The position numbers and the translations under genes were made by a program. Below, one piece after another: positions 19,985 through 30,395 of a stretch of DNA of 64,000 nt. Every line of letters starts with the position of its first letter. Position 1 is the stretch's first letter. The notes beneath the pieces were generated by a model. It ran no database searches. It saw only the letters and a list, made by a program, of their open reading frames with translations, and had not been told where the DNA came from. The stretch covers positions 480,001 through 544,000 of the forward strand of contig CAWBNQ010000001.1 of the NCBI GenBank assembly GCA_963790205.1. Reading direction: 5' to 3'. Source of the DNA: Nitrospirota bacterium. Its GTDB lineage: Bacteria; Nitrospirota; UBA9217.

Positions 19985-21126
19985 CAACAAGCAGAGATCA
20001 CATGGATAACAATTTCTTTGAATCCTATCGCAAAGAGTTTCCAATAACGGAAAACTATATATACCTGGACCACTCCGGTGTGGCGCCGATGCCGCTCCGG
20101 GTCAAAAACGCGATAGCGGGGTTTCTTGCGGAATCTGCCGAAGGCGGGGCGTTTCATTATCCGAAGTGGGCACAGCGGGTGAATGAGATCAGGAGTACTT
20201 GCGCTCGATTGATCAATGCCGGGCCTGATGAGCTTGCCTTCGTAAAGAGCACGTCGCACGGACTTTCCATCGTTGCCGAGGGGTTCGAGTGGAAGCCTGG
20301 GGACAACGTTCTTATTTACGAAAAAGAATTTCCTTCCAATATCTATCCCTGGCTGAACCTCAAAAGAAAAGGGGTCGAAATAAGGATCATCCCGTCGCGG
20401 GAGGGAAGGATCTTCATCGACGACATAGAGCGATTGCTCGACTCGAAAACAAAACTACTGGCCATAAGCTCTGTCCAGTTTTCGAACGGGTTCAGGATCG
20501 ATTTGAAGAAAGTTGGAGCGCTCTGCAGGAAAAACAATGTCCTTCTCTGCGTTGACGCGATCCAGAGCCTCGGCGTCATCCCCATGGACGTAAAGGAATA
20601 TAGTGTGGACTTTCTTTCAGCCGACGCGCACAAGTGGCTCTTGGGACCCGAGGGTATCGGCATATTCTATTGCAGGCGCGAATTGGCCGAACGTCTTGCC
20701 CCGCCTCTCGTCGGATGGAAATGCGTCCGGAACGAGTTTGATTTCGATCATCCTGATTTCTGCCTGAAAACCGACGCGTTGCGGTTCGAGGAAGGCTCGA
20801 TGAACCTTTTGGGTATTTTCGGACTCGGTGCTGCTGTCGATCTTTTACTGGAGGTCGGTATGAAGAACATCGAGACGCGCGTACTTGGCCTGGGAGAGAT
20901 CATTATCCGTGAAGCGGAACAAAGAGGTCTTGCCGTTCTCACCCCCCGGGAGGGCCGGGAGCGCGGCGGTAATGTCACTGTTGCCGGGCATTTCGACCCC
21001 GTGAAAGTTAACGACCGGTTACGGAAGATTGGGATCATGGTGAATAGCCGCGGAGGCGGGCTTCGCGTGTCCCCGCATTTCTACAATACGGAAGAAGAGA
21101 TCCTGGCTTGCTTTCATGCGCTCTAA
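19981..21126 (+). CDS. Class V PLP-dependent aminotransferase / cysteine desulfurase-like
   Basis: YLDHSGVAP, EFPSN.YPW, VDAIQSLG, ADAHKWLLGP and LRVSPHFYN. Start is 19981 or 20002. Confidence 0.9.
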   Translation: MTTSRDHMDNNFFESYRKEFPITENYIYLDHSGVAPMPLRVKNAIAGFLAESAEGGAFHYPKWAQRVNEIRSTCARLINAGPDELAFVKSTSHGLSIVAEGFEWKPGDNVLIYEKEFPSNIYPWLNLKRKGVEIRIIPSREGRIFIDDIERLLDSKTKLLAISSVQFSNGFRIDLKKVGALCRKNNVLLCVDAIQSLGVIPMDVKEYSVDFLSADAHKWLLGPEGIGIFYCRRELAERLAPPLVGWKCVRNEFDFDHPDFCLKTDALRFEEGSMNLLGIFGLGAAVDLLLEVGMKNIETRVLGLGEIIIREAEQRGLAVLTPREGRERGGNVTVAGHFDPVKVNDRLRKIGIMVNSRGGGLRVSPHFYNTEEEILACFHAL

Positions 21127-21209
21127 ATCTTTATTGCAATATCGAATTATATTGAGTAGAATCATGGGTCGAAGAGAACCCATCATTGTTCGGCACGGAG
21201 GTATGTTGA

Positions 21210-21542
21210 ATGGAACTTGATGTAAATGTTGCGGGTAAATCCCTGGCGATCACAATTGATAATCCCTTTCACTTGGACATCGATGCCACGGTAAAACAGA
21301 TTGAATCCTTCCTCTCCGCACAGGGTACCCCGGCGAACGGGCTGGACATCCGGGGGCTTGTTCCAAAATTGGTCAAAGGCATAGCAGGGTGCGAAGGCGG
21401 CTGTCCGGCCGATGCAAAGGGCCTTGTTTCCCGCGGGTTCAAAAATTTCAAGCTCGCATACATCGAAGGGGGCATCCTCGAGGCCTGTGCGGTAACGGAA
21501 AACGGAAAAAACGTCGCTTTCAAGATGTTTCCCAGCTTCTAA
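21210..21542 (+). CDS. Hypothetical protein with CEGGCP motif
   Basis: GGAGG RBS; clean ORF converging on pgi. Confidence 0.7.
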   Translation: MELDVNVAGKSLAITIDNPFHLDIDATVKQIESFLSAQGTPANGLDIRGLVPKLVKGIAGCEGGCPADAKGLVSRGFKNFKLAYIEGGILEACAVTENGKNVAFKMFPSF

Positions 21543-21604
21543 ATGCCCGAGGCTGGTGCTCTCTTGATGTTCAGTTTACGGATGCAGGACGCTGCTTCGT
21601 CTTT

Positions 21605-23197
21605 TTACGGCAGCACCTCATACTTCTTTTCAAACATCCCCTTCCCTGCAATCATCTTCACGCCGTGGTCCCTGTTTGCACCCGCATGCTCGAGGATCTT
21701 GTAGATCGATTCTTCACGGTCTGTTGCGCCGACGGCCACGGCAACCTCTTCGACGGTGAAAGCGTTTCCGGGGTTCTTGCGCAGATGGGAAAGAACATCG
21801 AGCTGGAGCTTGATGACGGCCTCGGCCATTTTCTTGCCCGCTTCCACTCCGGGTTGGTGATAGGCATTGATGTTCACGAGCGTTGCGTAGAACCCGACCG
21901 CCCGTTCATACAACGCAATAAGAACGCCGATCGAGCGGGCATCGAGTTTGTCGATCGTGACCGTGATCGACTCGCGTCCGTTTTCATACAAGGCATTCCT
22001 CGTTCCCTGGAGATAGGCGCTCAGGTAGTCTCCGCTCGTGACGCCGGGCTCGACCTCAAGGGAGGACCCGTCGTGATCATGGAGCACCTCGATGAAGGTG
22101 GCGAAGAAATTGTTCACGCCGTCTCGAAGCTGCTGCACATAGGCGTGCTGGTCCGTTGTGCCTTTGTTCCCGTAAACCGCTATCCCCTGGTTCACGACCT
22201 TCCCGTTCAGGTCTTTCTCCTTGCCCAAGGATTCCATGACAAGCTGCTGAAGGTACTTGGAAAAGAGCATAAGCCGATCTTTATAAGGAAGCATCACCAT
22301 GTCCTTGGCCCCCTGGCCGCCAGTGGCATAATACCAGGACAGGGCAAGGAGTGCCGAGGGGTTCGTCCGGGTATCTTTGCCGCGGGTCACCTCGTCGCAC
22401 AAACGCGCGCCATTCAATAACTCTTCTATGTCTAGTCCCTGCAATGCGGCAGGTAGCAGACCGACACCAGACATTACTGATGTTCTCCCACCAACCCAAT
22501 CCCACATTGGAAATCTGGCAATCCAGCCACCGCTTTTTGCTATTTCATCTAGCCTGCTTCCCACTCCAGTGACGGCGACTGCATGCCTTTCGAATGAGAG
22601 CCCTGCTTTCCGATAGGCTGCTGCGACCTCGAGCATTCCGTTCCTCGTCTCTATGGTACCGCCGCTTTTCGAAATAACGAGCGTAAGCGTGTCGTCAAGC
22701 CCGCTTCCTATTCTGGCAAGCACGCGGTCAACGCCGTCCGGGTCTGTATTGTCCAGAAAGTAAGGCTTCATTTTGTCTGCAGTTGTGCCGAGCGCGTCTG
22801 CGATGAACTGCGGCCCGAGAGCCGAGCCGCCGATACCGATGCTCAGGATATTTGTGAACCGGGCGTGCTTTCTTGGATAGATCTTTGCGGCGTGAACCGT
22901 AAAGGCAAAGCCTTTGATCGCCTGGAGCGCGTCCTCGATCTCCTTGCGGACCTCTGCTGACGGCGCGCGACCCGGGGACCTGAGCCAGTAGTGCCCTACC
23001 ATGCGGCCCTCATCAGGATTGGAGATAGCACCGGCCTCAAGCGTGTCCATCGCGCTGTAGGCCTTCTGCATCCTGGGTTCCATGCAATCAAGGAAGTCAT
23101 CGGCAACGTTCATCCTGCTGATATCGAGCACGAGGCCGACGGACGGCGCCGAACAAATAAATTTTTTGTACCGTTCCCAGAGCGCTTTGTTGTTCAT
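21605..23197 (-). CDS. pgi: Glucose-6-phosphate isomerase
   Basis: [37 protein letters not shown] and QPGVEAGK. Confidence 0.96.
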   Translation of the reverse strand: MNNKALWERYKKFICSAPSVGLVLDISRMNVADDFLDCMEPRMQKAYSAMDTLEAGAISNPDEGRMVGHYWLRSPGRAPSAEVRKEIEDALQAIKGFAFTVHAAKIYPRKHARFTNILSIGIGGSALGPQFIADALGTTADKMKPYFLDNTDPDGVDRVLARIGSGLDDTLTLVISKSGGTIETRNGMLEVAAAYRKAGLSFERHAVAVTGVGSRLDEIAKSGGWIARFPMWDWVGGRTSVMSGVGLLPAALQGLDIEELLNGARLCDEVTRGKDTRTNPSALLALSWYYATGGQGAKDMVMLPYKDRLMLFSKYLQQLVMESLGKEKDLNGKVVNQGIAVYGNKGTTDQHAYVQQLRDGVNNFFATFIEVLHDHDGSSLEVEPGVTSGDYLSAYLQGTRNALYENGRESITVTIDKLDARSIGVLIALYERAVGFYATLVNINAYHQPGVEAGKKMAEAVIKLQLDVLSHLRKNPGNAFTVEEVAVAVGATDREESIYKILEHAGANRDHGVKMIAGKGMFEKKYEVLP

Positions 23198-23339
23198 ATC
23201 TTCCTTTCATTGAGAAGGAGGCGAAACCGCGGAGCGCGGCCCTCCTGGAGAATGAGGGATGATGGTGAGTACCCGTAATAAATTTGGATTTTCGCCGGCT
23301 CTCTGTTTGTGCCGATCCGTGTGAACCCGTGTTCGAAGT

Positions 23340-23585
23340 TCATTCTTCTTTCCCGTACACCGCCCGGATCTTGCGGGCAAGCTCGCGCAACGCCTCAGAG
23401 AAGGTCTTGCCCTGGTCCATGAGTTCGCGCACCACCTCCGCCTTGCTCAGGGCCGTGATCACCTCATCGGATTCATCCACGATCTCGCATTCGTTCTTCC
23501 CTTTTGAAAGCTGCTGGAAAATACAGGCTTCGAGTTGATTCGGAGAATACTGATCCACCAGTTTTTTTATTTTTTTGGTGTCCAT
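23340..23585 (-). CDS. Small hypothetical protein
   Basis: 81-aa ORF MDTKKIKKLVDQYSP...ALRELARKIR with protein-like composition. Confidence 0.65.
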   Translation of the reverse strand: MDTKKIKKLVDQYSPNQLEACIFQQLSKGKNECEIVDESDEVITALSKAEVVRELMDQGKTFSEALRELARKIRAVYGKEE

Positions 23586-23706
23586 GGCAGGGTTGATTGA
23601 AAATAGTTTATCACAAAATTTACAAAAAGAGGCGGAAACCTTTCCTTGAGAAGGCCGTACTAAAAAGATGTTTTGAGACCCCGGGCTTTGTGGTAATATA
23701 CACGCC

Positions 23707-25074
23707 ATGCATGAGCAGGACACCATATGCGCGGTCTCTACGCCCCCCGGCGAAGGGGGGATCGGCATTATTCGCGTCAGCGGAAGGGACGCGGTCCTCA
23801 TCGCATCCGGAATTTTCAGGCCGCGTACAGAGAGCGGGCGCGCACTCGGGGCTTCCCACACGCTGCGCTACGGCCATGTCGTTGATCCTGCCACCGGCGA
23901 GCTGGTGGACGAAGCACTCGTGAGCGTGATGCGTGCGCCTGCCACGTATACCCGTGAGGACGTGGTCGAGATAAACTGTCACGGCGGCATGGTCCCGCTC
24001 TGGCGCACAATGGACCTGTTAGCCGCAGCCGGTGCGAGGCAGGCTGAGCCGGGCGAGTTCACGAAGCGCGCGTTCCTGAACGGCAGGATCGACCTTGCCC
24101 AGGCCGAGGCCGTTATGGACATCATCCGGGCAAAAACAAGCCTTGCTCTTCGGGCGGCAAACGAGCAGTTGCGCGGAGGACTATCAACCGAAATTTCCGT
24201 CCTTCGGGACCGGCTCATTTCGATCATTGCCTCAGTGGAGGCGGGGATCGATTTTCCCGAGGATATCGAAAGTGAAGCCGGAAAAACGCTGGGGGAGGAA
24301 GTTTCCCGCGTGCTTGACGGAATTGACGGCCTGCTCTCAAGCGCTTCCTTCGGCAGAATACTGCGCGACGGCTTTGCAACCGCGATCGTCGGGAGGCCGA
24401 ACGTCGGCAAATCATCACTGCTGAACGCGCTGCTCAGGCAGGACCGGGCGATCGTGACCGAGGTCCCGGGCACGACCCGGGACGTGCTTGAAGAGTATGT
24501 GAATGTCGCCGGTGTTCCGCTCAGGATTCTCGACACCGCAGGCATCAGGCATTCCCGTGACGTGGTGGAGCAGGAGGGAATACGGCGAAGCCTTGAAGCC
24601 ATGGAGTCCGCCGACATCGTGCTCGTGGTGCTCGATGGCTCACAGCCGCTCATGCCTGAGGACCGCCGAGTGCTGGACGAGGTGAGCGAGAAGAGTGCCA
24701 TCGCGGTGATCAATAAATCGGACCTGCCGCGAAAACTCGAGGCGGGCGGGCGGCCCGTGACCCGGGTTGCCGTTTCGTGCCGCACCGGCGCGGGTCTCGA
24801 GGACCTTCGCCGATCGATCGCGGACATGGTGAAGAAGGGGACCGTCACTTCCCGCGAGCATGCCTGGGCCGTGAACCAGCGGCACAGGACTACACTCGAG
24901 CAGACACAAGAAAGCCTTCAAAGGGCGCTCGGGGCGGTCACGTCCGGCCTGTCTCCCGAGTTTATCGCCGTCGACCTCCGCGGGGCGCTCGACAGCCTAG
25001 GGCTCATTATCGGCGCTACGTATACGGAAGACATTCTCGAACGGATCTTCAACGATTTCTGCATTGGGAAGTGA
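23707..25074 (+). CDS. mnmE: tRNA modification GTPase MnmE
   Basis: GRPNVGKSS, PGTTRD, DTAGIR and C-terminal FCIGK. Confidence 0.98.
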   Translation: MHEQDTICAVSTPPGEGGIGIIRVSGRDAVLIASGIFRPRTESGRALGASHTLRYGHVVDPATGELVDEALVSVMRAPATYTREDVVEINCHGGMVPLWRTMDLLAAAGARQAEPGEFTKRAFLNGRIDLAQAEAVMDIIRAKTSLALRAANEQLRGGLSTEISVLRDRLISIIASVEAGIDFPEDIESEAGKTLGEEVSRVLDGIDGLLSSASFGRILRDGFATAIVGRPNVGKSSLLNALLRQDRAIVTEVPGTTRDVLEEYVNVAGVPLRILDTAGIRHSRDVVEQEGIRRSLEAMESADIVLVVLDGSQPLMPEDRRVLDEVSEKSAIAVINKSDLPRKLEAGGRPVTRVAVSCRTGAGLEDLRRSIADMVKKGTVTSREHAWAVNQRHRTTLEQTQESLQRALGAVTSGLSPEFIAVDLRGALDSLGLIIGATYTEDILERIFNDFCIGK

Positions 25075-25198
25075 TTATAATACGAATACTTTTTTCTCGC
25101 AAAGAGCGCAAAGGGAAGATTGAGGCAAACGCTTTGTTGGTTTAAAACCTAAAGCAAACGGCAGTCTAGGATTTTCCTGGTTTCCTTTGCGGGCTTTG

Positions 25199-25238
25199 CC
25201 TGCACCCAGCGTTTACGAGTGTGCGCGCGAGTGCAGGG
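25199..25238. repeat. 40-bp hairpin repeat, copy 1 (others at 27961, 31300, 36588)
   Basis: CCTGC...TTACGAGTG...GTGCAGG family nested in 9-mer repeat arms. Confidence 0.7.
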
Positions 25239-25312
25239 CGCGAGAGACGCCTTTTAGATTTTGCCTTTTGGTTCCGGGTTTCCCGGGTTAGGTGACTTTA
25301 CGACTTATGACC

Positions 25313-27187
25313 ATGCAGAAAAAATACGAGGTTATCGTGATCGGCGCAGGCCATGCCGGGTGCGAGGCTGCCCTGGCCTCCGCGCGCATGGGCTGCTCCA
25401 CCCTCCTGCTTACCATGAACCTCGACAGCATTGCGCTCATGTCCTGCAACCCCGCTATCGGCGGCCTGGCCAAGGGGCATCTGGTAAAAGAGATCGACGC
25501 CCTGGGCGGCGAGATGGCAAGGATCATCGACAGAACCGGTATTCAGTTCCGCGTCCTCAACCGGAGCAAGGGCCCGGCGGTCCGGGGCACACGCGCCCAG
25601 GCCGACAAGCAGCGGTATCGTCTCGCGATGAAAGAATCCGTGGAGGAGCAGACACGTCTCGACGTGAAGCAGGGGCTCGTCGAGAAACTTCTTGTTGAGG
25701 ATAACCGCATCCAGGGCGTAGAAACAAATATCGGCGTCCGGTATCTTTCGTCAGCCGTGATCATTACAACGGGAACTTTTTTAAAAGGTCTTATCCATAT
25801 CGGTCTCGTGAACTATCCCTCGGGCAGGGCAGGGGAGTTCCCGTCCGTCGGATTGTCGGACTGCCTGAGAGGCTTGGGCTTCGAGATCGGCAGGCTCAAG
25901 ACCGGCACGCCCGCGCGGTTGAACGGAAGGACCATTGATTTTGAAAACATGCAGCCCCAGAGCGGAGACGAGCCGGCGCCTTTTTTTTCGTTTTCGGAAA
26001 ATGTACATACACTCCCACAATTGCCCTGCTATTTAACGTATACTAATACTGCCACCCATGAAATTATACGAAATAACCTAGATCGCTCCCCACTTTACGC
26101 GGGAGTTATCAAGGGTACCGGGCCACGATACTGCCCCTCCATAGAAGATAAGGTCATGCGGTTCTCGGGGCGTGAGCGACACCAGGTATTCCTCGAGCCC
26201 GAGGGGCTGGACACCGAGGAATACTATGCCAACGGAGTGTCAACAAGTCTTCCTTACGACGTTCAGATAAGGCTGTACCGCTCCATTCCTGGGCTTGAGC
26301 ACGTCGAGATCATGCGGCCGGCATACGCAATAGAGTATGATTTCGCTCCGCCCACGCAGATCACTCATACGCTCGAGACAAAGAGAATTGCCGGACTGTA
26401 CTTCGCCGGCCAGATCAACGGCACCTCGGGGTATGAAGAAGCAGCGGCCCAGGGGCTGATGGCGGGGATCAATGCGGCGCTCAAAATCCAGAAGCGTCAG
26501 CCCATCGTGCTTTCCCGGGCAGAAGCATACATCGGCGTCCTGATCGACGACCTCGTGACGCGGGGGACCTCCGAACCGTACCGCATGTTCACCTCCCGCG
26601 CCGAGTACCGGCTCATCCTTCGGGAAGACAACGCCGACCTGCGGCTCCGGGACAAAGGACACGATCTCGGTCTTGTGTCTGACGAGTTGTACGATCTCTT
26701 TCGGGAGAAGAAAGACTCAATTGACCGTGAAGTTTCCAGGCTCAAAAAAACCTGGGTAAGATCAACACCGGAGATCAATGGTATGCTCGCCGGGCGCGGG
26801 ACCACCGGGATATCGGGCGAGGCCTCGCTTGACCAGCTCCTCAAGCGGCCCGAGCTGGGATACGATGATATTGCGGGAATAAGCTCTTCGCCGGAACCGC
26901 TGACGGACGCGGCAGCGGAACAGGTCGAGATCCAGGTAAAGTACGAGGGATACATCGAGCGCCAACTCCAGCAGGTTGACCGCTTCGCGTCGCTTGAGCA
27001 AAAGGGCATCCCCGCGGACATGGATTACGATGCCGTGACCGGCCTCGGCGCCGAGGTAAAACAGAAGCTCAAGCAGGTGCGGCCCATATCGCTGGGCCAG
27101 GCCACGAGAATTTCGGGCGTGACTCCCGCCGCCATTTCGCTCTTATTGGTAGCCCTCGAAAAAAATAAGCGGCGAAGAGCGCAGTAA
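25313..27187 (+). CDS. mnmG: tRNA uridine-5-carboxymethylaminomethyl modification enzyme MnmG
   Basis: IGAGHAGCEA, MSCNPAIGG, GPRYCPSIEDK and AGQINGTSGYEEAAAQG. Confidence 0.98.
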   Translation: MQKKYEVIVIGAGHAGCEAALASARMGCSTLLLTMNLDSIALMSCNPAIGGLAKGHLVKEIDALGGEMARIIDRTGIQFRVLNRSKGPAVRGTRAQADKQRYRLAMKESVEEQTRLDVKQGLVEKLLVEDNRIQGVETNIGVRYLSSAVIITTGTFLKGLIHIGLVNYPSGRAGEFPSVGLSDCLRGLGFEIGRLKTGTPARLNGRTIDFENMQPQSGDEPAPFFSFSENVHTLPQLPCYLTYTNTATHEIIRNNLDRSPLYAGVIKGTGPRYCPSIEDKVMRFSGRERHQVFLEPEGLDTEEYYANGVSTSLPYDVQIRLYRSIPGLEHVEIMRPAYAIEYDFAPPTQITHTLETKRIAGLYFAGQINGTSGYEEAAAQGLMAGINAALKIQKRQPIVLSRAEAYIGVLIDDLVTRGTSEPYRMFTSRAEYRLILREDNADLRLRDKGHDLGLVSDELYDLFREKKDSIDREVSRLKKTWVRSTPEINGMLAGRGTTGISGEASLDQLLKRPELGYDDIAGISSSPEPLTDAAAEQVEIQVKYEGYIERQLQQVDRFASLEQKGIPADMDYDAVTGLGAEVKQKLKQVRPISLGQATRISGVTPAAISLLLVALEKNKRRRAQ

Positions 27188-27255
27188 ATGCGGAATGACG
27201 AATGCGGACCGTGGAAGAGGACCAGGAAAACGATGCACGTGCAGGAGAATGCGGC

Positions 27256-27900
27256 GTGACCCCGAGAGAACTATTGATCACCGGCGCTGAAGCGCTCGGC
27301 AGTGCTTTGACCGTCGAGCAGGTCAATTCCCTGTTCATCTTCCTGGCCGAGCTTAAAAAATGGAACACCAGGATAAATCTCACGGCCATCAGGGGGGAGC
27401 GGGACACCGTTATCAAGCACGTGCTTGATTCCCTTTCCCATGTACAAGGCTTCATCCCCGCGCCGGGGTTGAGACTGCTGGATATGGGATCGGGGGCGGG
27501 GCTTCCGGCAATCCCGATCAAGATTGCCTATCCCGGGATCTCGGTCACACTCGTAGAGTCGGCCAAAAAGAAAGCTTCCTTCCTCCGGCATGTAATCAGG
27601 ACGCTGCAGCTCGGCGAGGCAGAGGTCCTGGATATGAGGACAGAAGAGCTCCCGGCATCCCGCCATAGATCCTATGACGTGGTAACGGCCCGGGCCTTTG
27701 CGGATATGGAGAAAGCGCTTGAAGCGGGCGCACTATTTCTGAAACCAGGAGGACTCGTGGTCCTGAGCCGGGGGCCGGAGGAAGCGATCGACGAGAAAGA
27801 GTCGGCTGAATACGGAGTTACCCTGGACAAAAAGATCGCCCTGATGCTTCCGCATTCGGATTATAAACGGGTGATCTGGGTTTTTAAAAGAACTGGATAG
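27256..27900 (+). CDS. rsmG: 16S rRNA m7G527 methyltransferase
   Basis: WN..INLTAI, H.LDSL, LDMGSGAGLP and TARAF. Start codon uncertain. Confidence 0.93.
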   Translation: MTPRELLITGAEALGSALTVEQVNSLFIFLAELKKWNTRINLTAIRGERDTVIKHVLDSLSHVQGFIPAPGLRLLDMGSGAGLPAIPIKIAYPGISVTLVESAKKKASFLRHVIRTLQLGEAEVLDMRTEELPASRHRSYDVVTARAFADMEKALEAGALFLKPGGLVVLSRGPEEAIDEKESAEYGVTLDKKIALMLPHSDYKRVIWVFKRTG

Positions 27901-28034
27901 CCAGGAAGGCGCCAAAAAACAAAAGTTTATAACGAAAAAACGATCTCCTTTGAGCCTTCGCCTGCGCCCGGTGATTACGAGTGGTAACGCAAGTGCGGGG
28001 TGTGGCTTTGCGGCATGTTTGGGTTTATCAGTGA

Positions 28035-28050
28035 GGTTCCACGTGGAACA
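28035..28050. promoter_or_regulatory. parS centromere site
   Basis: GGTTCCACGTGGAACA, a near-perfect match to the parS palindrome. Confidence 0.9.
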
Positions 28051-28236
28051 ATCGAATGCCGCATTCTCCCGAGAAACATTCGAGGGCAGGCTTCTTGCGG
28101 AGTTTGGAGTTTATCTACCGAACCTGTAAAAAGCTAGATTGCTTCGCTAAGTGAAGGTTCGTAGCGGCACTCGCAATGACACCATTCTGGGCTTTTTACA
28201 AATGCATCGGCCTTGGTCAAAAAGAAAGGTTAGGTT

Positions 28237-29301
28237 TTGAACAGCCCACTTAAAATACCGCCGGAATGGCGGGCCGCTGCGGAAGACATCCTGGCCCATG
28301 GCGGGCCGGTCATGGTCCTCGGCGCTCCTGGCTCGGGCAAGACCACATTCTGCCTGTACCTTGCGGGGATGTTTTGCCGCCAGGGGAGAAGTGTGGCCTG
28401 GCTCGACGCCGACCCGGGCCAGCCCTTCATTGGCCCGCCGGCGGTCATATCGCTGACGCTTTATTCCGAAGCTGCCGACCTCTTAAAACGGAGAAATCCC
28501 CAAACCTTCAGCTTTATCGGGAACACGTCGCCTGTCGGCCGCCTCCTTGAGCTTATTGCCGGTGTCCAGAAGCTTGTTTCCCTTGCTCAAACACTGGGCC
28601 CCGGTCTCATTCTGATCAATACGTGCGGCCTGGTACAGGGCGGCGCGGCGCGGGAGCTCAAGTTTCACGAGATCGACATGATCGCGCCCCATTACGTGTT
28701 GGCCCTGCAAAAGGGGAACGAAGTAGAACATCTCCTCGCCCCGCACTCGCACCGGGCCGGGCTGCTCATTCACCGCCTGCCGATATCGCCCGACGCAAAG
28801 GTCTCCACCGGTGAAGCGCGGCGCGCAGTGCGTGAACAGCGGTTCAAAGAATACTTCCGGGGCGCCGACTTTCAGGAGATCGCGCTCCACGACGTGGGCG
28901 TACACGGGCCGGGCCTGGGCACCGGCGAGCGCCTGGGGTTTCGGGACGTTAATAAACTTTCAAAAATTCTCCAGGCGATCGTCATCCATGCGGAATTGTC
29001 GGCGGACCGGCTGTTCCTTCTGGTCGAAGGCGAATACGCGGGCGACGAGCTGTACACAGCCAGGGAGCAATATAATGTCCGGGAGGTGACGGTCCTCAAG
29101 CGGTCCGAGCTGGACCATCTGCTCGTAGGGCTGAACGACGACCGCAATCTCTGCCTCGGCCTGGGGATCCTGCGCGACCTGGACCTGAAGGAGCTGACGG
29201 TACGGGTCATCACCCCCCTCAGGGATATTTCGATGGTCCGGAACATCTCCTTGGGCTCCCTCCGCGTGAACCCCGCCGGCGGAGAACTCGGGCAGTGGTG
29301 A
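28237..29301 (+). CDS. Clp1/Grc3-like polynucleotide 5'-kinase
   Basis: VMVLGAPGSGKTT Walker A, LDADPGQ..IGPP, LINTCG.V.G, RR..RE.RF..YF and C-terminal LVGL....CLGLG. Confidence 0.82.
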   Translation: MNSPLKIPPEWRAAAEDILAHGGPVMVLGAPGSGKTTFCLYLAGMFCRQGRSVAWLDADPGQPFIGPPAVISLTLYSEAADLLKRRNPQTFSFIGNTSPVGRLLELIAGVQKLVSLAQTLGPGLILINTCGLVQGGAARELKFHEIDMIAPHYVLALQKGNEVEHLLAPHSHRAGLLIHRLPISPDAKVSTGEARRAVREQRFKEYFRGADFQEIALHDVGVHGPGLGTGERLGFRDVNKLSKILQAIVIHAELSADRLFLLVEGEYAGDELYTAREQYNVREVTVLKRSELDHLLVGLNDDRNLCLGLGILRDLDLKELTVRVITPLRDISMVRNISLGSLRVNPAGGELGQW

Positions 29302-29317
29302 GGTTCCACGTGGAACA
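29302..29317. promoter_or_regulatory. parS centromere site
   Basis: GGTTCCACGTGGAACA directly after the Clp1-like stop codon. Confidence 0.9.
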
Positions 29318-29618
29318 AACGAATGCGGAACATCGATTTTGGATTGTAGACTATAATCCGAAAAACCTATCGCCACAGAGAACGCAGAGGGCGCAGAGGC
29401 ACACGTAGATTCCATGCTCCCATGATGATTTTTTAAAATTCCCAGCGGAAAAACCCGCGGTTATCCCACTAAATTTGATTCTGAACATCCTCAAATGCTT
29501 CTCTGCATTCTCAGCGCTCTCTGCGGTAAAATCCGAGTTTTTTTCTTCCTTTTATTATTACCTTATGGTAAAGTAATACGATTTTGAATCAGCAGTATGG
29601 GAGAGGTTAGAGGAGAGC

Positions 29619-30395
29619 ATGGGCAGGGTCATAGCAATTGCCAATCAGAAGGGCGGCGTAGGCAAGACCACGACCACCGTGAACATCGCTGCATCGATCG
29701 CCGCTGCTGAAAAAAAGGTCCTGCTCATCGACTCAGACCCCCAGGGCAACTCCACGAGCGGCATGGGGATCGACCGCAAGGACATCACCGGCAGCACCTA
29801 TGACCTCTATACCGGCAAGCGCACGCTCCAGGAGATAAAAAAGTCTACTCATTTTCCCTGGCTCGACGTAGTCCCGGCAGGGATCGACCTCGTGGGCGTT
29901 GAAATCGAGCTCATCCAGATGATCGCCCGCGAGCGGGTGCTCAAGAAAGCGCTCTCCGCCTTCAAGAATGATTACGACTACGTATTCATCGACTGCCCGC
30001 CGTCGCTCGGGCTGCTCACGGTCAATGCTCTGACCGCGGCCGACGGGGTGCTCATCCCGGTCCAGACCGAGTACTATGCGCTCGAAGGGCTGACCGCGCT
30101 TATGAACACGATCAAGCTCATCAAGCAGGACCTGAACCCCGACCTCGTTATCGAGGGCGTGCTTCTCACCATGTACGACAGCAGGAACAACCTGGCCGAC
30201 CAGGTGTCGCAGGAAGTGCGCAAGTATTTCGGGAACAAGGTGTTTACCACCGTCATCCACCGCAATGTTGCGCTCTCCGAGGCGCCGAGCCACGGCAAGC
30301 CGGTGCTGTTATACGACATACGGTCCCGGGGGGCCCAAAGCTACCTCGAGCTTGCAAAGGAGGTCCTGACCAATGCAAAAGCAGGCGCTCGGTAA
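29619..30395 (+). CDS. parA: Chromosome partitioning ATPase ParA/Soj
   Basis: NQKGGVGKTTT, DPQGN, DCPPSLG and EAPSHG. Confidence 0.97.
   Translation: MGRVIAIANQKGGVGKTTTTVNIAASIAAAEKKVLLIDSDPQGNSTSGMGIDRKDITGSTYDLYTGKRTLQEIKKSTHFPWLDVVPAGIDLVGVEIELIQMIARERVLKKALSAFKNDYDYVFIDCPPSLGLLTVNALTAADGVLIPVQTEYYALEGLTALMNTIKLIKQDLNPDLVIEGVLLTMYDSRNNLADQVSQEVRKYFGNKVFTTVIHRNVALSEAPSHGKPVLLYDIRSRGAQSYLELAKEVLTNAKAGAR

Noticed and set aside
23590..29620. Replication origin near mnmE-mnmG-parAB
   Set aside because: No dnaA and no cluster of TTATCCACA boxes; only isolated partial matches.
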